Shown here piece after piece: positions 13,701-26,900 of a stretch of 64,000 bases of DNA. The translations under genes and the position numbers were made by a program. Location: NCBI GenBank assembly GCA_022813965.1, contig JALDZS010000040.1, positions 62,001 through 126,000 of the forward strand, written 5' to 3'. The DNA comes from Toensbergia leucococca. Taxonomy: Eukaryota. The notes beneath the pieces were generated by a model that saw nothing but the letters and a program-made list of their open reading frames with translations, was not told the origin of the DNA and did not search any database. Each line of letters begins with the position of its first letter. Within the stretch, counting starts at the first letter, position 1.

Positions 13701-15926
13701 TACGAGAGCATATACGTGCAGGAAGCAACTACAGGACGACGACTAGCACCTGCGACCGCCTCTGAAGAGACCCCAGGTTCTGCAGATATAATTGGTGCAG
13801 CAATGAGTAAAGACAGAAAATACCTTGGAATAGTGCAATTAGAGTCGTTGTCACCTAACTCACCTGACACATCCGACTCACTACTATGGACTTCAGTCTG
13901 GGAAATCGAGAAACTTTTGAATTTCGAGAGAAAAAATAGGCACAGATCTTGGGCTAAGAAAGTCATGACCTGTAGAGAGAGAAAAAAGGGTTTCAATCCC
14001 TATGTGTCGCTTGACACGATCGTGTTCGGGGACGACGGGCATTTTCACAGTCCTGTCGGTCGGATCAACCACTCAACAATCTTCCATCAACCTCTATCGA
14101 GCGTTGTTCAAGAAGTAGGTGCTATTTATTACTTCAGTGGAGACGGTAGTATCGTATTCCGGATCCTGGGGTCTACGAACATTGAAAAGTTCTCTACATT
14201 ACAAGACAGCCCGACTACAAGACTTTTCCTTTGGACAACAGAAGAACGGGTAGTATTCCATGGCATAAGCCAAACTGGCCGATATTTTGCTCTGAAGCTT
14301 TCCTCGCAGGGAAGTATCGTCATTCTTGACACCGAGCACGAAAAGAGTATAGCACTATGTACTAGATCGTCGGACGACTGTGTGATTTTCCTACGATTTT
14401 CCCGTGACGAGACAAGATTATTCGGCTTCTTGGAGAACGAACCAGGAGTTAATTTGAGACTAGCTATCTGGGAAGATCTCACAAGTCCTCCTCGGATTCT
14501 AATAGAGCAGTCACCAAGTATTGGTGGTCCCCTGGGGTGTCGCGATTTCTTCGTATCAAGTGATGAGAGTACGGCCTGGGTAGTCACCACGACCAGAAAG
14601 GTAGTACAATTTAGTCTGAAAGGCTTTCATCATATTTCTTCTGAGATTGTCAGACCACTCAGCGTTCTGTACTCAAAAGTCTCACTCGACGCCACACAGT
14701 TCATTGTTGTTAACCGAGGACAGAAGGAGGTCCAGGTGCAATTCTTCAATATTAAATCGGCCGGAGAGTCAATACGCATGTTTAAGCTGTACAAGGCGCC
14801 ATCTTCAGATCCCTTGCATTCCATAATCCAATCGAGTCCAGATCTAAGACTGCTTGTGGTTGATCTGGAACTCTTCGAAGTCAGTAACGAGAATGAAGAT
14901 CTAGCATCAAAGCCTATCCAAATCCCTTTGCTCACTCCTCTTACCCGCCGGGATGTGACTTCAGTTTGGAAGAATGTGTGGTGCTTCAGTAGTTGCAATA
15001 AATACATTGCTTATGCAAATATTTGGAACCCAGGCGTTGGAACATCCCGAGAATGGAAACCAAACGAGAATGGACATCTGTTTGCTCTTTTCAAGATCAA
15101 TTTGGGGTCAAGATCAATAGTCCAAATCCATGACCCAATTCCTACGGATATTACTCCTACATGGCTTGAATTTCATTCGTCTTTGCCGTTGATGCTCTTA
15201 AGCTATTTGGATCCTTCAGAAATTGAGATTGCTTTCAAGTCTTCTGAATTGGCTTCCCTTCAGCCTACCGTTGTTATCCTTTCGCTAAAAAATATGCAGC
15301 TAAGATATATCAAATATTCTGAGTTACCAAAATCAATGGCGTGAGTGGATTGTCTGCTACAATACACAGATTTCTGAACGAGACATAGGCACGGCTATGA
15401 TAATATCGTACTCACAGCCCGATTCTCAGCTTGTGGCACATTTGTCTACCTTGAACGAGTACTACATGGTCAATATCATATTATAGACCTCATCAAAACA
15501 ACGTCAAGCTTCCCACCCCGGGTGTCGGACAGATTTGCTCTAAACAACACATTCTATGAGTGGGCCCTCTATAGCACAATTTCAGTCCGGTTCTACAAGG
15601 TCGTATTAAAAGATGGTGGTGGTTGCCAAGGTGATATCAAAGCTGTATCTAGAGATATCTCGTCACTTTCCTCAGGCTCGATGCCTGATGACATAGTAAT
15701 CCATCTTGGCGAGAATGAAGATCAACCCATACGCCTTTTAATCAAATCTTGGCACAATTCTCTGGTGGAGATTAAGACTATGCTTTTTACTTTCGCAGAG
15801 TTGCGAGCGAGATTGAGTTGGCAGTGGGAGCATAAGGTGAAGAGGGAAGAAGAGCGGGACAAGGAAGGTTCGAAGGGTAGGAGAGAAAGAATTACAGCGG
15901 AGGATATTGATCCGCTCTTGATCTGA
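10782..15926 (+). pseudogene. Fungal NLR-like STAND protein (helical N-terminus + NACHT + WD40-like C-terminus) with two apparent frameshifts
   Basis: LWGSIKFVL N-domain; in-frame intron 11085-11369; Walker A WIYAKPGAGKTILSS; VLYFFCK and Walker B IIVDALDEC in another frame; GGMFLWV and RPLSITEL back in the first frame; FSxDG-type repeats; intron 15341-15388. Frameshifts near 11995-12015 and in an A8 run at 12450-12457 may be real or sequencing errors. Confidence 0.8.
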
Positions 15927-16303
15927 TCATGATAAATACACTAGAGCTTAGAGATGTATCAGCATATTCAGAGCGCTATTTTTTCCATACTGGGTACTAA
16001 TTCGGACTTTTTATCAACACCATCCTTGTTCAAGATCTTTTGTTTTGCTCAACTGAGTATATTTTCTGACTATTGTTCAGTTTTCTCTCCGACATTCAAT
16101 CTTTGAAACAAAAGAGTGATTGAAAACGAACATCGCCGAGCTGTTGTGCATTTACTATTGTTTAATTGTTCGGAGATATGCAATCGTTCCTCAGAAGTAT
16201 AACTACACCATTGACTTCTCTCCAAAAATCCATCCATGACCTCTAATCACAGCCCCAAGATCATACTCGCACCCAAAAATCCTGAAACGTCTCAGCACAA
16301 ACC

Positions 16304-17284
16304 ATGAACTTCAGCAACCCTCTCCCGAGCCTCACTCAGAAAGGAAGAACAATGGCCTCCAGCATACAGGCAGCCAGTCAGCGACTCTCGGAGCAAGATC
16401 CCCAATGGCCAATAAAAGCATACCTTCGCATCACCTGCGCCGCCTTTGCTTTCCTGGCCCTACGCATGTACGACATGAGCACCACACTCAGAAGGCAAAA
16501 CTGGATCATCCTCATGGACCATGAAAGCGGGAATTGGTCTCGTGGCACCGCATATGACCCCATCATGCGGTCTCTTCTATTCAACCTCCTTATCCTTGCC
16601 TTTGTCCTCGTCGGTCGCCAGGGAAAGGATATTCACTTGGGCTGGTATGTTGGTGCCGATCTGATCATCTGGGCTCTCTGTGTGCCAGCCATCATCCTTG
16701 CTGCTGATGGCGGATCACTTTGGTACTCGCAGTCAGCGCTAGAGCATGTCAAGATACCGTTTGAGGATTGTGTCGTTTGGCATCGGTGGGATTCCACTTG
16801 TAAGTCTGCCGCATACTGCATTGGCGTTTTGGAGATTGCAATGACTGTTTTTCTGTACTTGATTTTTTCTATTCACTTGGCTCTCTTTTCCATCAACTCG
16901 GCTCTTTTCGCCATTGCTTATCCAGACATAAACACAAAGTCCAAAACAACGAATCCGGTCTTCAAAACCACAGACACGCGCTCCAACCCCCCAGCCCCAA
17001 CACCCGCAATCACATCCCTACGACTCAACTACATAGCCACACGCGCCAAATCTATGACCACCCGCGCCAACGCCATGACCACATGGGCTCAATCCATGAC
17101 CACCCGCGCCAACAGCATAGCCACACGGGCTCAGGATATGAACACAGACACGACCACAACAGGCAGAGATATGGATGCTAAGGTAAAGGAGATGGATGTG
17201 TGGGCTGAGGATGTGAAAGCGTGGGTGGAGATGGTTATAAGGGCGGAGGACTTGAATCGGAGGGTTAGGGCTGAGAGGGTGTGA
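16304..17284 (+). CDS. Multi-pass (about 4 TM) membrane protein with C-terminal 7-aa repeats
   Basis: 326-aa ORF, four hydrophobic segments, IHLGWYVGADLIIW motif, repeats TRAKSMT/TRANAMT/TWAQSMT/TRANSIA. Confidence 0.65.
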   Translation: MNFSNPLPSLTQKGRTMASSIQAASQRLSEQDPQWPIKAYLRITCAAFAFLALRMYDMSTTLRRQNWIILMDHESGNWSRGTAYDPIMRSLLFNLLILAFVLVGRQGKDIHLGWYVGADLIIWALCVPAIILAADGGSLWYSQSALEHVKIPFEDCVVWHRWDSTCKSAAYCIGVLEIAMTVFLYLIFSIHLALFSINSALFAIAYPDINTKSKTTNPVFKTTDTRSNPPAPTPAITSLRLNYIATRAKSMTTRANAMTTWAQSMTTRANSIATRAQDMNTDTTTTGRDMDAKVKEMDVWAEDVKAWVEMVIRAEDLNRRVRAERV

Positions 17285-17553
17285 AGGGAAAGGGGGGGAG
17301 GGGGGGGGGCGGGGGTTTGGTGAGTGAGAGGGAGGTATGGAGGGAGGTGAGGAGTTGTTTGTTTGAATCTGCTGTGTCAGAATTTATTTGCTTGCGTTTT
17401 ACAAAGACTTATTCTCAATGCTGCTCTTTTGAATTTATCACTGTGTGTGTTTGATATATTTTTATCAGTCACTAACAATTAAGGGAAACTTGATACATAA
17501 TATCAGTTTTAAAAAGTTGAAGTGAGATTAAGAATATTCAGCAATTTTTAAAG

Positions 17554-18460
17554 GCTTATAATATCCTGACATCCCTTCTCAATATTCTGACACCCCCCCC
17601 TTACCATTACTCAATTAGGCATTAGTGCGCCTCAGACGCAATGTAGCATAAAGAATCATTATGATGTCACATTACATTTGCACCTGATTCTCAACATCTT
17701 TTGCATGTCATCTACCTTCTCAATTGCATGTCATTTGATAGCAAGCTTTGTCTAGAGAATCTTCATGATTTTCTACCTCATGTTGACTCAATTTTCTACC
17801 TCTGAGAGCAGGGGTCAGGGGGCAAGGTATGAGGGCTTTTATGGGGGGCTGGTATGAAGTGCTGTCATAAGGGCTGATGAATTGAAGGATCGTGCTATTC
17901 AGGTTGGATGGTGGGCTGTTTTGCATGTAGATTCACAAAATTGTGTGATGATTTTGCGCTCAGAGAAAATGATCATGCACTCAGGGGGTGAGAGGGGAAT
18001 CAAGTTCAGAATGTGATACAAAAGCATTGCTTTTTTCTTCCTAGGTAATTTTGACTTACCAGATGACACATGGAATAGAATGAGTTAAATGAGTTATATA
18101 GTGATTAGAGAATCAAGGCAAAGATGTGGTGCAGAATGATAACATTTCCGTCGGTGATGTTGCGCCCCCAGGTGGTGATCATGCGCCCGGGGGGTGATAA
18201 ATCGTGCGCCCGGGGGACGAGGGGAATCAAATCAGGATGTGGTAGAAAATCATAAAGATTCCGTAGGTAAAGCTTACTACTAATTGGCATGCAACTGAGG
18301 AGGTAAGATGGTATGCCAAAGAGGTCGAGAATTGGGTGTAAATGTGGTGAGAAACCGCGATGATTCCCCATGCGCCTAGGCCTCATAATTGCCTAATCGG
18401 GTAAGTGAAGGGGGGGGGTGTGTCGGGGTTATCGAAATGGGGTGTAGGAATATTACAAGC
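17554..18460. mobile_element. Foldback/Mutator-like non-autonomous element with ~230 bp imperfect TIRs
   Basis: 17554-~17790 aligns with the reverse complement of ~18225-18460 (e.g. TTGCATGTCATTTGATAGCAAGCTTTGTCTAGAGAATCTTCATGATTTTCTACC vs TTGCATGCCAATTAGTAGTAAGCTTTACCTACGGAATCTTTATGATTTTCTACC). Confidence 0.75.
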
Positions 18461-18576
18461 ATATAAATATGACCCGATTAGGCGAATCAAGAAAATATCA
18501 AACACAGCTCACAAAAGCCACAAGGCCCTTCATCCTCACACATCTTCCCTCCCCCTCCAAAAACCTCCCCCCCTTC

Positions 18577-19061
18577 CTAAATCGCATGCAACGCATCATT
18601 GACCATATCCCCCCCAAACGTCGCCCCAGCCCCAAACACAGCCGCCTGCCCAAACCGCGCCATCATGCCCTTGGCCCACTCGTGATGTTTCGGGTTCTGC
18701 GGATGCGCCGCGTTGTTGGGGTCTTGGGCCTGCTGCGCGATGGCGGCGGGGTTGTAGCCGGCGGGTTGGGAGTATTTGGGGTCGGTGTAGGAGGAGGGGG
18801 CGCCGTTGGGTTGCTTTAGGGAGGTGGGGGTTAGGTTTGGGATAGTTGGTTTTTTTTGGGGGGGGGAGGGTGGTGAGGGAGGTTAGGGGCTGGGGGGAAG
18901 GAGGTTAGGGGTTTTGGGGGGGGGGTGGAGGGAGGACGAACGGGGAGTTGGGCTTGGATGGATTGGAGTTGGGGGGGGAAGAGGACGCCGGCGTCGCGGA
19001 GGTATTCGAGTTCTGTGCGGATGGTGGAGAGGGAGCGGTTTACTTGGGCTTGGTCGGGCAT
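18577..19061 (-). CDS. Pin3/Lsb1-like small protein lacking the SH3 domain (~118 aa, one intron)
   Basis: Exon 1 NRSLSTIRTELEYLRDAGVL..QAQLP, intron GTTCGT..CTAAC..AAG, exon 2 ends ARFGQAAVFGLGATFGGDMVNDALHAI*, resembling the Pin3/Lsb1 C-terminal LGNAAIFGAGATIG motif. Confidence 0.75.
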
Positions 19062-19546
19062 TCTTTTTTTTTTTAGGCTTTTTCTTTTTTTTCTTTTGAG
19101 GAAGGGTATAAAAAGGAGGGGTTTGGAGGTGGAGCTGAAAGGTGGTTGCCGGAATGGGCAGTCGTTGTTGGGAGGGATTTGGTTGGAAGGATGGTGGTTG
19201 GAGATTGAGGTGTGGTTGGAGATAGTGGGGGTGAGGTGGGGTTTAGGTGGCAGGGTGGGCGGTGACGTTTTGACCTCTTTAAGAGTGGAGTGCGGGTGCT
19301 GCCGCTTAGTCGTGTTTCTAGAAAATTGAAATTGAAATTGGGACTGAAGGGCGAATCAAATTTGCGTTGCTGGGGCCTTGGTGGCTTCTTTGCATTGAGA
19401 CTTGGGAAAAAGTCTCGCGGGTAGCACGGGCAAATGATTGATTGAATTCGCAAAGGGATGGAAGATATAACTCATAATTGATTAGGGTTATTTTGGCGAA
19501 CCTCAAAGCGACCTTGATGTGGCTTGTGAAACCGTTCCCCGAGTCT

Positions 19547-20793
19547 CTACTCCAAAGACACCATACCGTCTTTGGAATAGCAACACGACTCCCCTACAAA
19601 CGTCTCATTGCACACGCACCTTGACAAATCAACCTCTAGCCTCACATCCCTTTTGAATCCAGGATGCAGCCCCTTAAGCCCCCAAGACAGCGGCGTGAAC
19701 ACACACTCCATATTCGTCTTTCTCAATCGGGGAATCACCGAGGGATTCTGCAAGCACAGATAGTCCCCACAATCACAATCCGCCTGCGACCTACACGCTC
19801 CCCCGCACGCCGCCTGCACAGTCACGCTCACTTGATCGGGGGTCTGAGGTAGTGACGCTGGATTCTGCGGGTCGGCGGATGGGGCCGAGTTTACGGTTAC
19901 GGGGCCGTTGTTGGAGCATTGAGGGTTTGGGATTGGTGAGTTGACGCTAAGGGGGCCGCCGCTGGGACATTCGAGTTTGAGGTTGAGGATGTCGTCAAAA
20001 TTGGAGCTAGTCTCATAGACGTAGATGTAGAGGCTTTGATGGACGTCGCCTGTTTATTAGGGGGCATATTTTTAGTTTGAGTGGGCGTTTCGGTGGCTAG
20101 ATTGTTGACGGGTAAGGAGGGAAACAGCTTACCTAATCCGTGAACTTGTCCTCCCATGCCCCATTTTGCAACGCAGGTCCACCCGAGAGCTGTTTGCGCG
20201 TCCCAGATATTGACCCATCTTTCCACCTCGGATTGGGAAGAGCCCCCGATCCTGGCGTCTAGGAAAATGGAGAGCACGCAACTTCCTACAATGGGAGAAA
20301 AGTCGAGGTAAGTTTTGCGTTTCTATGAGTTGGAAAGAGAAAAGTAAAGGCTCCACTTACCATGGGTAAAACTAAATGGCGTCTTGTAAGTCCCCGTAGC
20401 AGCGATGTTAGACTGGCCGTTAATGCGGAGGAACTCATAGAAATTGTAGTTCCAGGCGTGGCTAATGTCATTTGTATTGATATCAGTATCTCCGTCGGCA
20501 TCAAACTCGGCACCGAGTCCTTCCTGTACACCAAGGACATTGTATACCATCTCTTCGACTCGATTACAGTCATCGTGGTTTGGGTGGCCGTACAAGATAC
20601 TACATGTCATTGACTCGTTCTCGATTATGGTGGTACGGTCGAGAACACCTGCTTGAGTACGACGGCCTTTCGCTGATGAGATGGACACTGAAGATATGAG
20701 AGGTATAAATAGAAGGAAGAAAAGATAGATCAGTCCTTGGGAAGCATTTGACAGAGAAAAGCAATGTAGAGACCAAGACCTTGGGCTTCGCAT
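19547..20793 (-). CDS. Secreted cysteine-rich effector-like protein (3 exons)
   Basis: Hydrophobic leader (IYLFFLLFIPLISSVS), GTAAGT and GTAAGC introns join ORF pieces, C-terminal Cys-rich module CGGACRSQADCDCGDYLC..CVCNETFVGESCC. Confidence 0.65.
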
Positions 20794-21883
20794 CTTTCAG
20801 TCCCACTCCACTTCTTGAGTATTACGATATATGCCGTGGAGTATACAGATGTGGGAAACGTGGGATCCCCATCCTTGTTCCCCCCACCTCATAGAAAGTA
20901 GTCCGGGTATTTGGATTTGCGCATGTAGAATTGCCATGTTGACACATCGCGTGTAGAGTTTGAAAGGCTAGCTTGAAACGGACTCCATAATATGCAACTG
21001 GATAATTGCGCATCATGGATAACATTGACGATGAAGTTCTGGAAGATTGGGCAAAATGTCATCCAGAAAAGCGATGATTGAAAAGTTGATTGCGGAGATG
21101 AAAAACACGAGTTACGAGACGAAATAGCAGGGCAAATCAAAACTCTCTATTCAGGGGTAAAATTCAGCAGGTAAGAAAGTATGACATTGATATCTTAACT
21201 TCAAGGCTTTCTTTGACGGAGGCGTAGTTGATGTCCCGAAGATGGTCAAAATTGCTCGAAAGATGCCCCACATTTCTAGAATCTTCGTCGCCTCTATCGC
21301 CTACTTTTGTGGAGACGCGACGGGATGCAGAATGACGAATAAAAGACGAATTTTGGCTCAGTGGGGGAGGCAAACTTCTTGCGCCGATAGAATAGCCAGT
21401 AGATGAGTGAGTGTTCTTATCGTCAGGTATGTAGGTAGACAGATCACCGTGCCTGAGCATAGTAGAGAATCAAACATCTTCAAACCATACGCACGCCTCA
21501 ACTTCTTGGCAGTGGTCTTTGATGGAAGTACGAAATGGTTGGGAATGTCTCCGTGGTGGTGCGGGATTGAAGTCAGAGAGGCCAGATAAGGTGGTTATTG
21601 ATCTACGTCATGTGGCTTGGGATTATTTATTCTAGTCTCTATTTTTAAACCTTAACACTATCAAATATTATGGATGTTAAACAAGACATCAAAAGGATTC
21701 ATTGATCTTTTTGTAACAATTTCGATTCATAAGGGGAAGACAAAATTAGCACGCTTTCGTTCCTTAGTCCCAACAGGACTTATTTCCACAATTCTCACGG
21801 CTATCATAAAAATCCACGCAAATGCCATAAGTTTTACAAAAAACACCATAAGAAACACTTTGTATCATAATGGGAACACCACA

Positions 21884-23388
21884 TCAATATCTTGGCATAG
21901 ATCCCTCCATCTCTCCAATAGGTATCTCGGCTCCCGCCAATTCGCTTACCCTCCCCGGCTCGCCATCAATCTCACCGAGCACCTGCGTGTCGTGAAGCTG
22001 ATGCGCCATGCCACCCGCGTCCTTCTCCGCTAAGTTCCCCCCGTCCTTCTCAACCCCTGTCTTCCCATCGCCCCCATTTAATGTACCGGCTTCAGCGCGC
22101 CTTTTCTCTCTTCGTCTTCTCATGAACCAATACCCGAGTGCAAGAATCAGCCCAACGCCGACTAAGCAGCTTATCACTATGCCCGCAATAGCGCCCTTGC
22201 TTAGTCCCGAGCCAACAGCTTTCCCTACGGGCAAGGCAGGCGGTATTGTACTTCCATTGCTGTAGCTCATCGCTCTCACGCAAGTCAAATGTGCTTCCCC
22301 AGTAGTAATCGTTTCTCCGCGCGAATTATTAGCAGCGGGCATGAAGACGGTAAGGATTGGATAGACGCCTTGGGTAAGGTTGGCGTAAAGTGCAGCGTTT
22401 GTGGTTGCGTTTGTGGTGGCATAACTGAGGTAAGAGGAGAAAGGGGTTGTGAGGGTGTGTTTGTCGGGCAAGAGAGAGGGGGAAAGACGGCAGGTCTTGT
22501 CGGAGGTTTGGTTGCTAGTTATGGCTGGTGAAGGCGTTATTAACAGTCTAAGGGCTTGGTCTGGTGACGGATCTGAAGCGGAGTTGCACACAGCAAAGGA
22601 GAAAAGAATGCGTTGGGGGCATATGAGGCTAACAACAACAGCAGATAGAAGCATCGAGTGGTGGAGATTTACTCGATTGGGTACATGGTAGATTGTAAAA
22701 ACTCACCAACAGCGTTACTACTTGGCCATTGGTCTGTTCCGTCGTCGAAGTAAGGCCGGCAGGCTGATGGGAAAGCGTTCCCCGCAACATTGGCCTGGCC
22801 CAGTCCCGCCTGGATTATGCCACAGATACCACCCAATACTGGAGGTGTCAGATTACTGTAGGGACCTGGCGTATAGTCCGAGGTCAAGTATTGAGCAATC
22901 AAGGCAGCTTTGTCTGTAAGAGCAAGGACGCAGTCTTTCGAGAATGTCTGCTCGCAAGATCCATCGTCCTTCTGACCTCGACGAAGCGTGTTCTCAGGAA
23001 GTGCTCCGAACTGGAAGGCGCAGGCGCTGTACGGATTAGATCCATTGTCGAAATTGACTCCTGGTGGTGTCCCGAGCCAAAAATCGGTTTGGTAGGCATT
23101 GTAGTAAGCAGCTTCCTCTGGGTGACCTGGGCTGTTGACGGTCATTGACCAGGTGATATTCTGGCTTGAGGTATTGTGAGTCGCGTTCGTGGTAAGGTCA
23201 TCGGGTGAGCCGTCATTTGCATAGAGCGAAATGAAGCCGAATGTACCCGTTGCGTTGGCATTTTCCCACCAGGACGTGCAATTGGCCTGCAATGCTGCCG
23301 AAGAACTGGGGGCAGTGTCGGTCTGAGCTGATACAGATTGAAAGGTTGATAGTGCTAGTATCACTGAGGTCAGATTGATCGGTCTCAT
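21884..23388 (-). CDS. Type I membrane glycoprotein with Cys-containing ectodomain
   Basis: Signal peptide MRPINLTSVILAL, GTGAGT intron from 22706, TM GLSKGAIAGIVISCLVGVGLILALGYWF + RRRR, many N-glycosylation sequons. Confidence 0.75.
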
Positions 23389-23567
23389 AGCTGTGTTGCT
23401 TGCGTTGAAGCCTCACATGTGCAGAACAGAGGTACGCCATCATTATTTGAGGTCCAGTTGAGCAGAGGCACAATCTACTGAGTCTGATATTGGCGTGAAT
23501 AGGTAAGGTTGCTTCACTCCGAGACTCCCTGACTTTAGGGGAATGCCAAGACCCGCTAGTCTAGAAT

Positions 23568-23624
23568 ATCAGCTTCGCTTAGAATAGGTAGGTACCGAGG
23601 GTACCTATTCTAAGCGAAGCTGAT
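23568..23624. repeat. Perfect 23-bp inverted repeat with 11-nt spacer
   Basis: ATCAGCTTCGCTTAGAATAGGTA (23568-23590) / TACCTATTCTAAGCGAAGCTGAT (23602-23624). Confidence 0.95.
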
Positions 23625-24183
23625 TGGCCACGGTCAGGCCTGTAGAATATTTAATCTTAATTGAACGCCCACCTCAGTCCTCTGCCATGGAAATACTTGG
23701 TGGACAAGTGCAGCCGGTATGAGTTTACACTGCCATTGCTCTCACCATCAAACAATCCTCACACAGATACTGTCTTGAACAATTACGTCATGGTGCATTC
23801 TACAGTTGGCTACAGCTACTTCGCTGAGCCCGGGCATCGGTGCATATTCTACACCGTGCCGGCCGCGCAGTTGCGGCTGAAAATGACACAGCTAAACCTG
23901 GTCACCCTATTGGGCAAGGCCACACGGAGAGGTGGGAGCAATGCTTCAAAGGATAATGAGCAGTGAGGATATTTGTCGACCAGCAATCCCCTCGACCTTC
24001 CACTGCATTCTAGATAGCCGAGATGTTGGAGAGTCTTGACCGTTTATCAATAATCCCCCTCCCTTCTCCTCATCGATTTAGGCTTCAGCAGCTTTGTCGT
24101 CCTTCTGTTCTCTGTCTTTCTTACCACAACTGAAGTCCTTTCTTCTCTTGCCACCGTTTCTTGCATACGGAAATCTTTCAAAT

Positions 24184-25063
24184 ATGCCCTTTCAACTGGC
24201 TTTCTCATCTGCCTTCTTAACTGTTATTTTCACTTTGGTAACAGCCCAAACATGCTACTATCCCAATGGAGACGCCTCACCGGATACACCATGCAACAGC
24301 TCCGCTGAGCATAGCGCGTGCTGTAATCCCTTGGACACATGTCTAGCCAATTCTCTCTGCTTTCAGCCAGGAACATGGGGTGGTATTACAGCACGAGCGA
24401 GCTGCACCGATCAAACCTGGACAAGTGGGGCTTGTTCACCATACTGTAGAGATGGTGAGATGAAAAAATTGCTGCACATGCTGTTTCATCATCTTCCACC
24501 CCCATACAAGCTCCTGAAATTAATCTAATCCATCTACAGTCGTACCTTCTGGCGGCTTTCCAATCATTCCCGTTCTCCAACCTTCTAACAGTTACTTTCT
24601 CTTCTGTTGCGGCGTCGGTTACAACGAGACCACGAATGAATGCAATCACACGACCAACAATGATCCAACGCCTTTTCTAGTTCCTCCAGGCAAACCCATT
24701 TTCAATCGTACTGATGGAAGCACCGATCCAAACATCACTACATCAAATATTAGTACCATCGTTACCGCGACCCCGAGCGGTAGCTCTACCGACAACAACC
24801 ACGATGTTGCCATAGGCGCAGGCGTTGGCGTGCCTCTGGGGTTGGCTCTGATTGCAGCATTAGGAATGATCTGGATGGAGAGAAGACAGCGCAAGATACT
24901 CATGAGGCGCCTAGATTCTGCGCAGGGTGATAGAAAAGAGCAGTTTGAAGGGTCTAACCCACAGGAATACACGACAGAGAGAATTTCCGAGCTCCAGAAC
25001 CTGACTTCCTCATATGAGTTACAGAGTACCCATCTTGGTGAGCTGGGAGACAACAGGGCTTAA
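24184..25063 (+). CDS. Type I membrane protein with N-terminal CYYPNG..CC..RxSCTD Cys-rich domain
   Basis: Signal peptide, CYYPNGD..CNSSAEHSACC..RASCTDQTW, intron ~24454-24539, TM AIGAGVGVPLGLALIAALGMIW. Confidence 0.75.
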
Positions 25064-26215
25064 GCAGCTAACTCGGGTATGAGTTTGACAACGGGGACTT
25101 TAAATGTACGGAAATTGAGCATCGATCGGGCTGTCTCGCGAAGGATGTGAAGGTTTAAGGTAAAGTTTCTTGCTCCTGTACGCACTATCTATCAACGACA
25201 TGAATTAGCTCTCCATAAGGAGATGAACCGCTTGGTTGTTGTGTATCAACCCATCTCCTTTGCAGCAGTAATTACGCTCCCTTTCATGTTTTTATACGTA
25301 CTTCTATATTTGGTGCAATCAGAGCCAAGAATTCGTTTTCATTTTCAAGATAGAAGGAAGTCTGAGAAAACCAAGGATTTGGTCCTCGGTTGCTTCAAAC
25401 TACCAGCCCCTTGATGAGCTCACGATCCGACACATCAAGACCCCAGAACGCTCTCAAACGCCCTTTTTCCACGCTACTTTCTCGATCATCTTATGTCCTC
25501 AGAAGATGCACCTGTGATACTCCACGCAAGACTTCTATTGTCAGCATGAGATAGGAACGATGGCCTGCTTGGAAGCTATTGGCAACCGATAAGTATCTCG
25601 TTCGCCATGTCTATCATTACTCTTCAAGGAAGAATAATCGAATTTGGTACCTGATGTTGACTGCCCACATCAATTCTTAATAGCACGGTCATAATCAGCT
25701 TCTATCAACAGCATACTTCTAGGTCAGCCAACTTGTACACAACGCAGCCACAAAAAGGCACCTCAAGAAGTTGAATCAACCCAATATCATTGTATTCCTC
25801 ACTATTAGTAAAAGATATTCAAGGGCTCGATATTACCATCTCTGCTCCACCGATAACAAGAATTAAGTTTAACAACACGCACCCTGACGCCTCCATTACT
25901 CCATTCATCCGCATCCAGAAGGCCATTTGCAAGACTCCAAAATCGTCTCAAACCATACTGGACCAAGATTGCCGGATGGAACACAATTCAAGTGTGCTTT
26001 CCCATTCCAGGAAACGACTGCACCCGGTGGGTCAAGGATAAATATCGCATTTCAAGCCCCCAAGAGCGGTCTCTGAAGCCCTACCAACCATAAATATTCC
26101 TGCTTCCTACTACGAAATGGCCTCAATCGACTGCAGCAATATCAAGCAAAATTCTTAAGATAGAGTGGCATGGACTGCACGAAGCCCAATTGTGTTGTGG
26201 GCCTTGATTTCTTCT

Positions 26216-26900
26216 TCAACCTCGGTGCACAGCTTCAGCGCGGGAGAAGCACAGTGACGGACTCAATATTCTTGATTGGAATTGGACTGTATGGGCCCTT
26301 CGACAATTCCGAGATGAATTCTTCCAGAACGGACTGCATCTCATGCAACGGGCAGCACCACGTCTGGATCTCCGGCGCTTTGAATCGACGAGCAGAATTT
26401 TCAGTTTCCGAAGTAAAGCAGCATGTATGTTTTCGGTTCGAAACTTTCGGCCTTGGATGGAACGCAAGAACGCGGGGTCCTTTGGGCATTTCAAGCATGC
26501 GAGGGGGACTTGATGCAAGATGATAACCACGAGATTTCGGTTTGGCTTTTGAGTAATAAGGGCGAGTTCCTTGAGGACTGCTTGGTAGGTGAACAAAGTC
26601 CGGTGTATGGCCACAGCGGTGGAGATCTGGTCTCGGATATTGAGGGCGAGATGTCTGATGAATCACCGTTGGTGTGCGAGGACCATGTGGCGGCGGATGT
26701 AGCCCTTCCAGGAGTGTTGACGTTCGGGGCAGGTGTGCTAATGAGCGAGGCCCTGATGGTAATCTTGAGCTTCGAGATAGATGTGTCGATGAGCGCAACG
26801 GTGTAGGCTCCGGACTTGTATGTTGACCCCGAGGTCCTTTGAGCGGTGATAGTGCACAGATTGGCATGATCCAAGCTAGTTGCTGGAGTGAGAACAATTG
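26216..26900 (-). pseudogene. Possible decayed protein-coding gene
   Basis: One minus-strand frame reads protein-like (HIYLEAQDYHQGLAH*..RHMVLAHQR*FIRHLALNIRDQ..) with TAG/TGA stops consistent with C>T; adjacent to a CpG-depleted relic. Confidence 0.3.
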
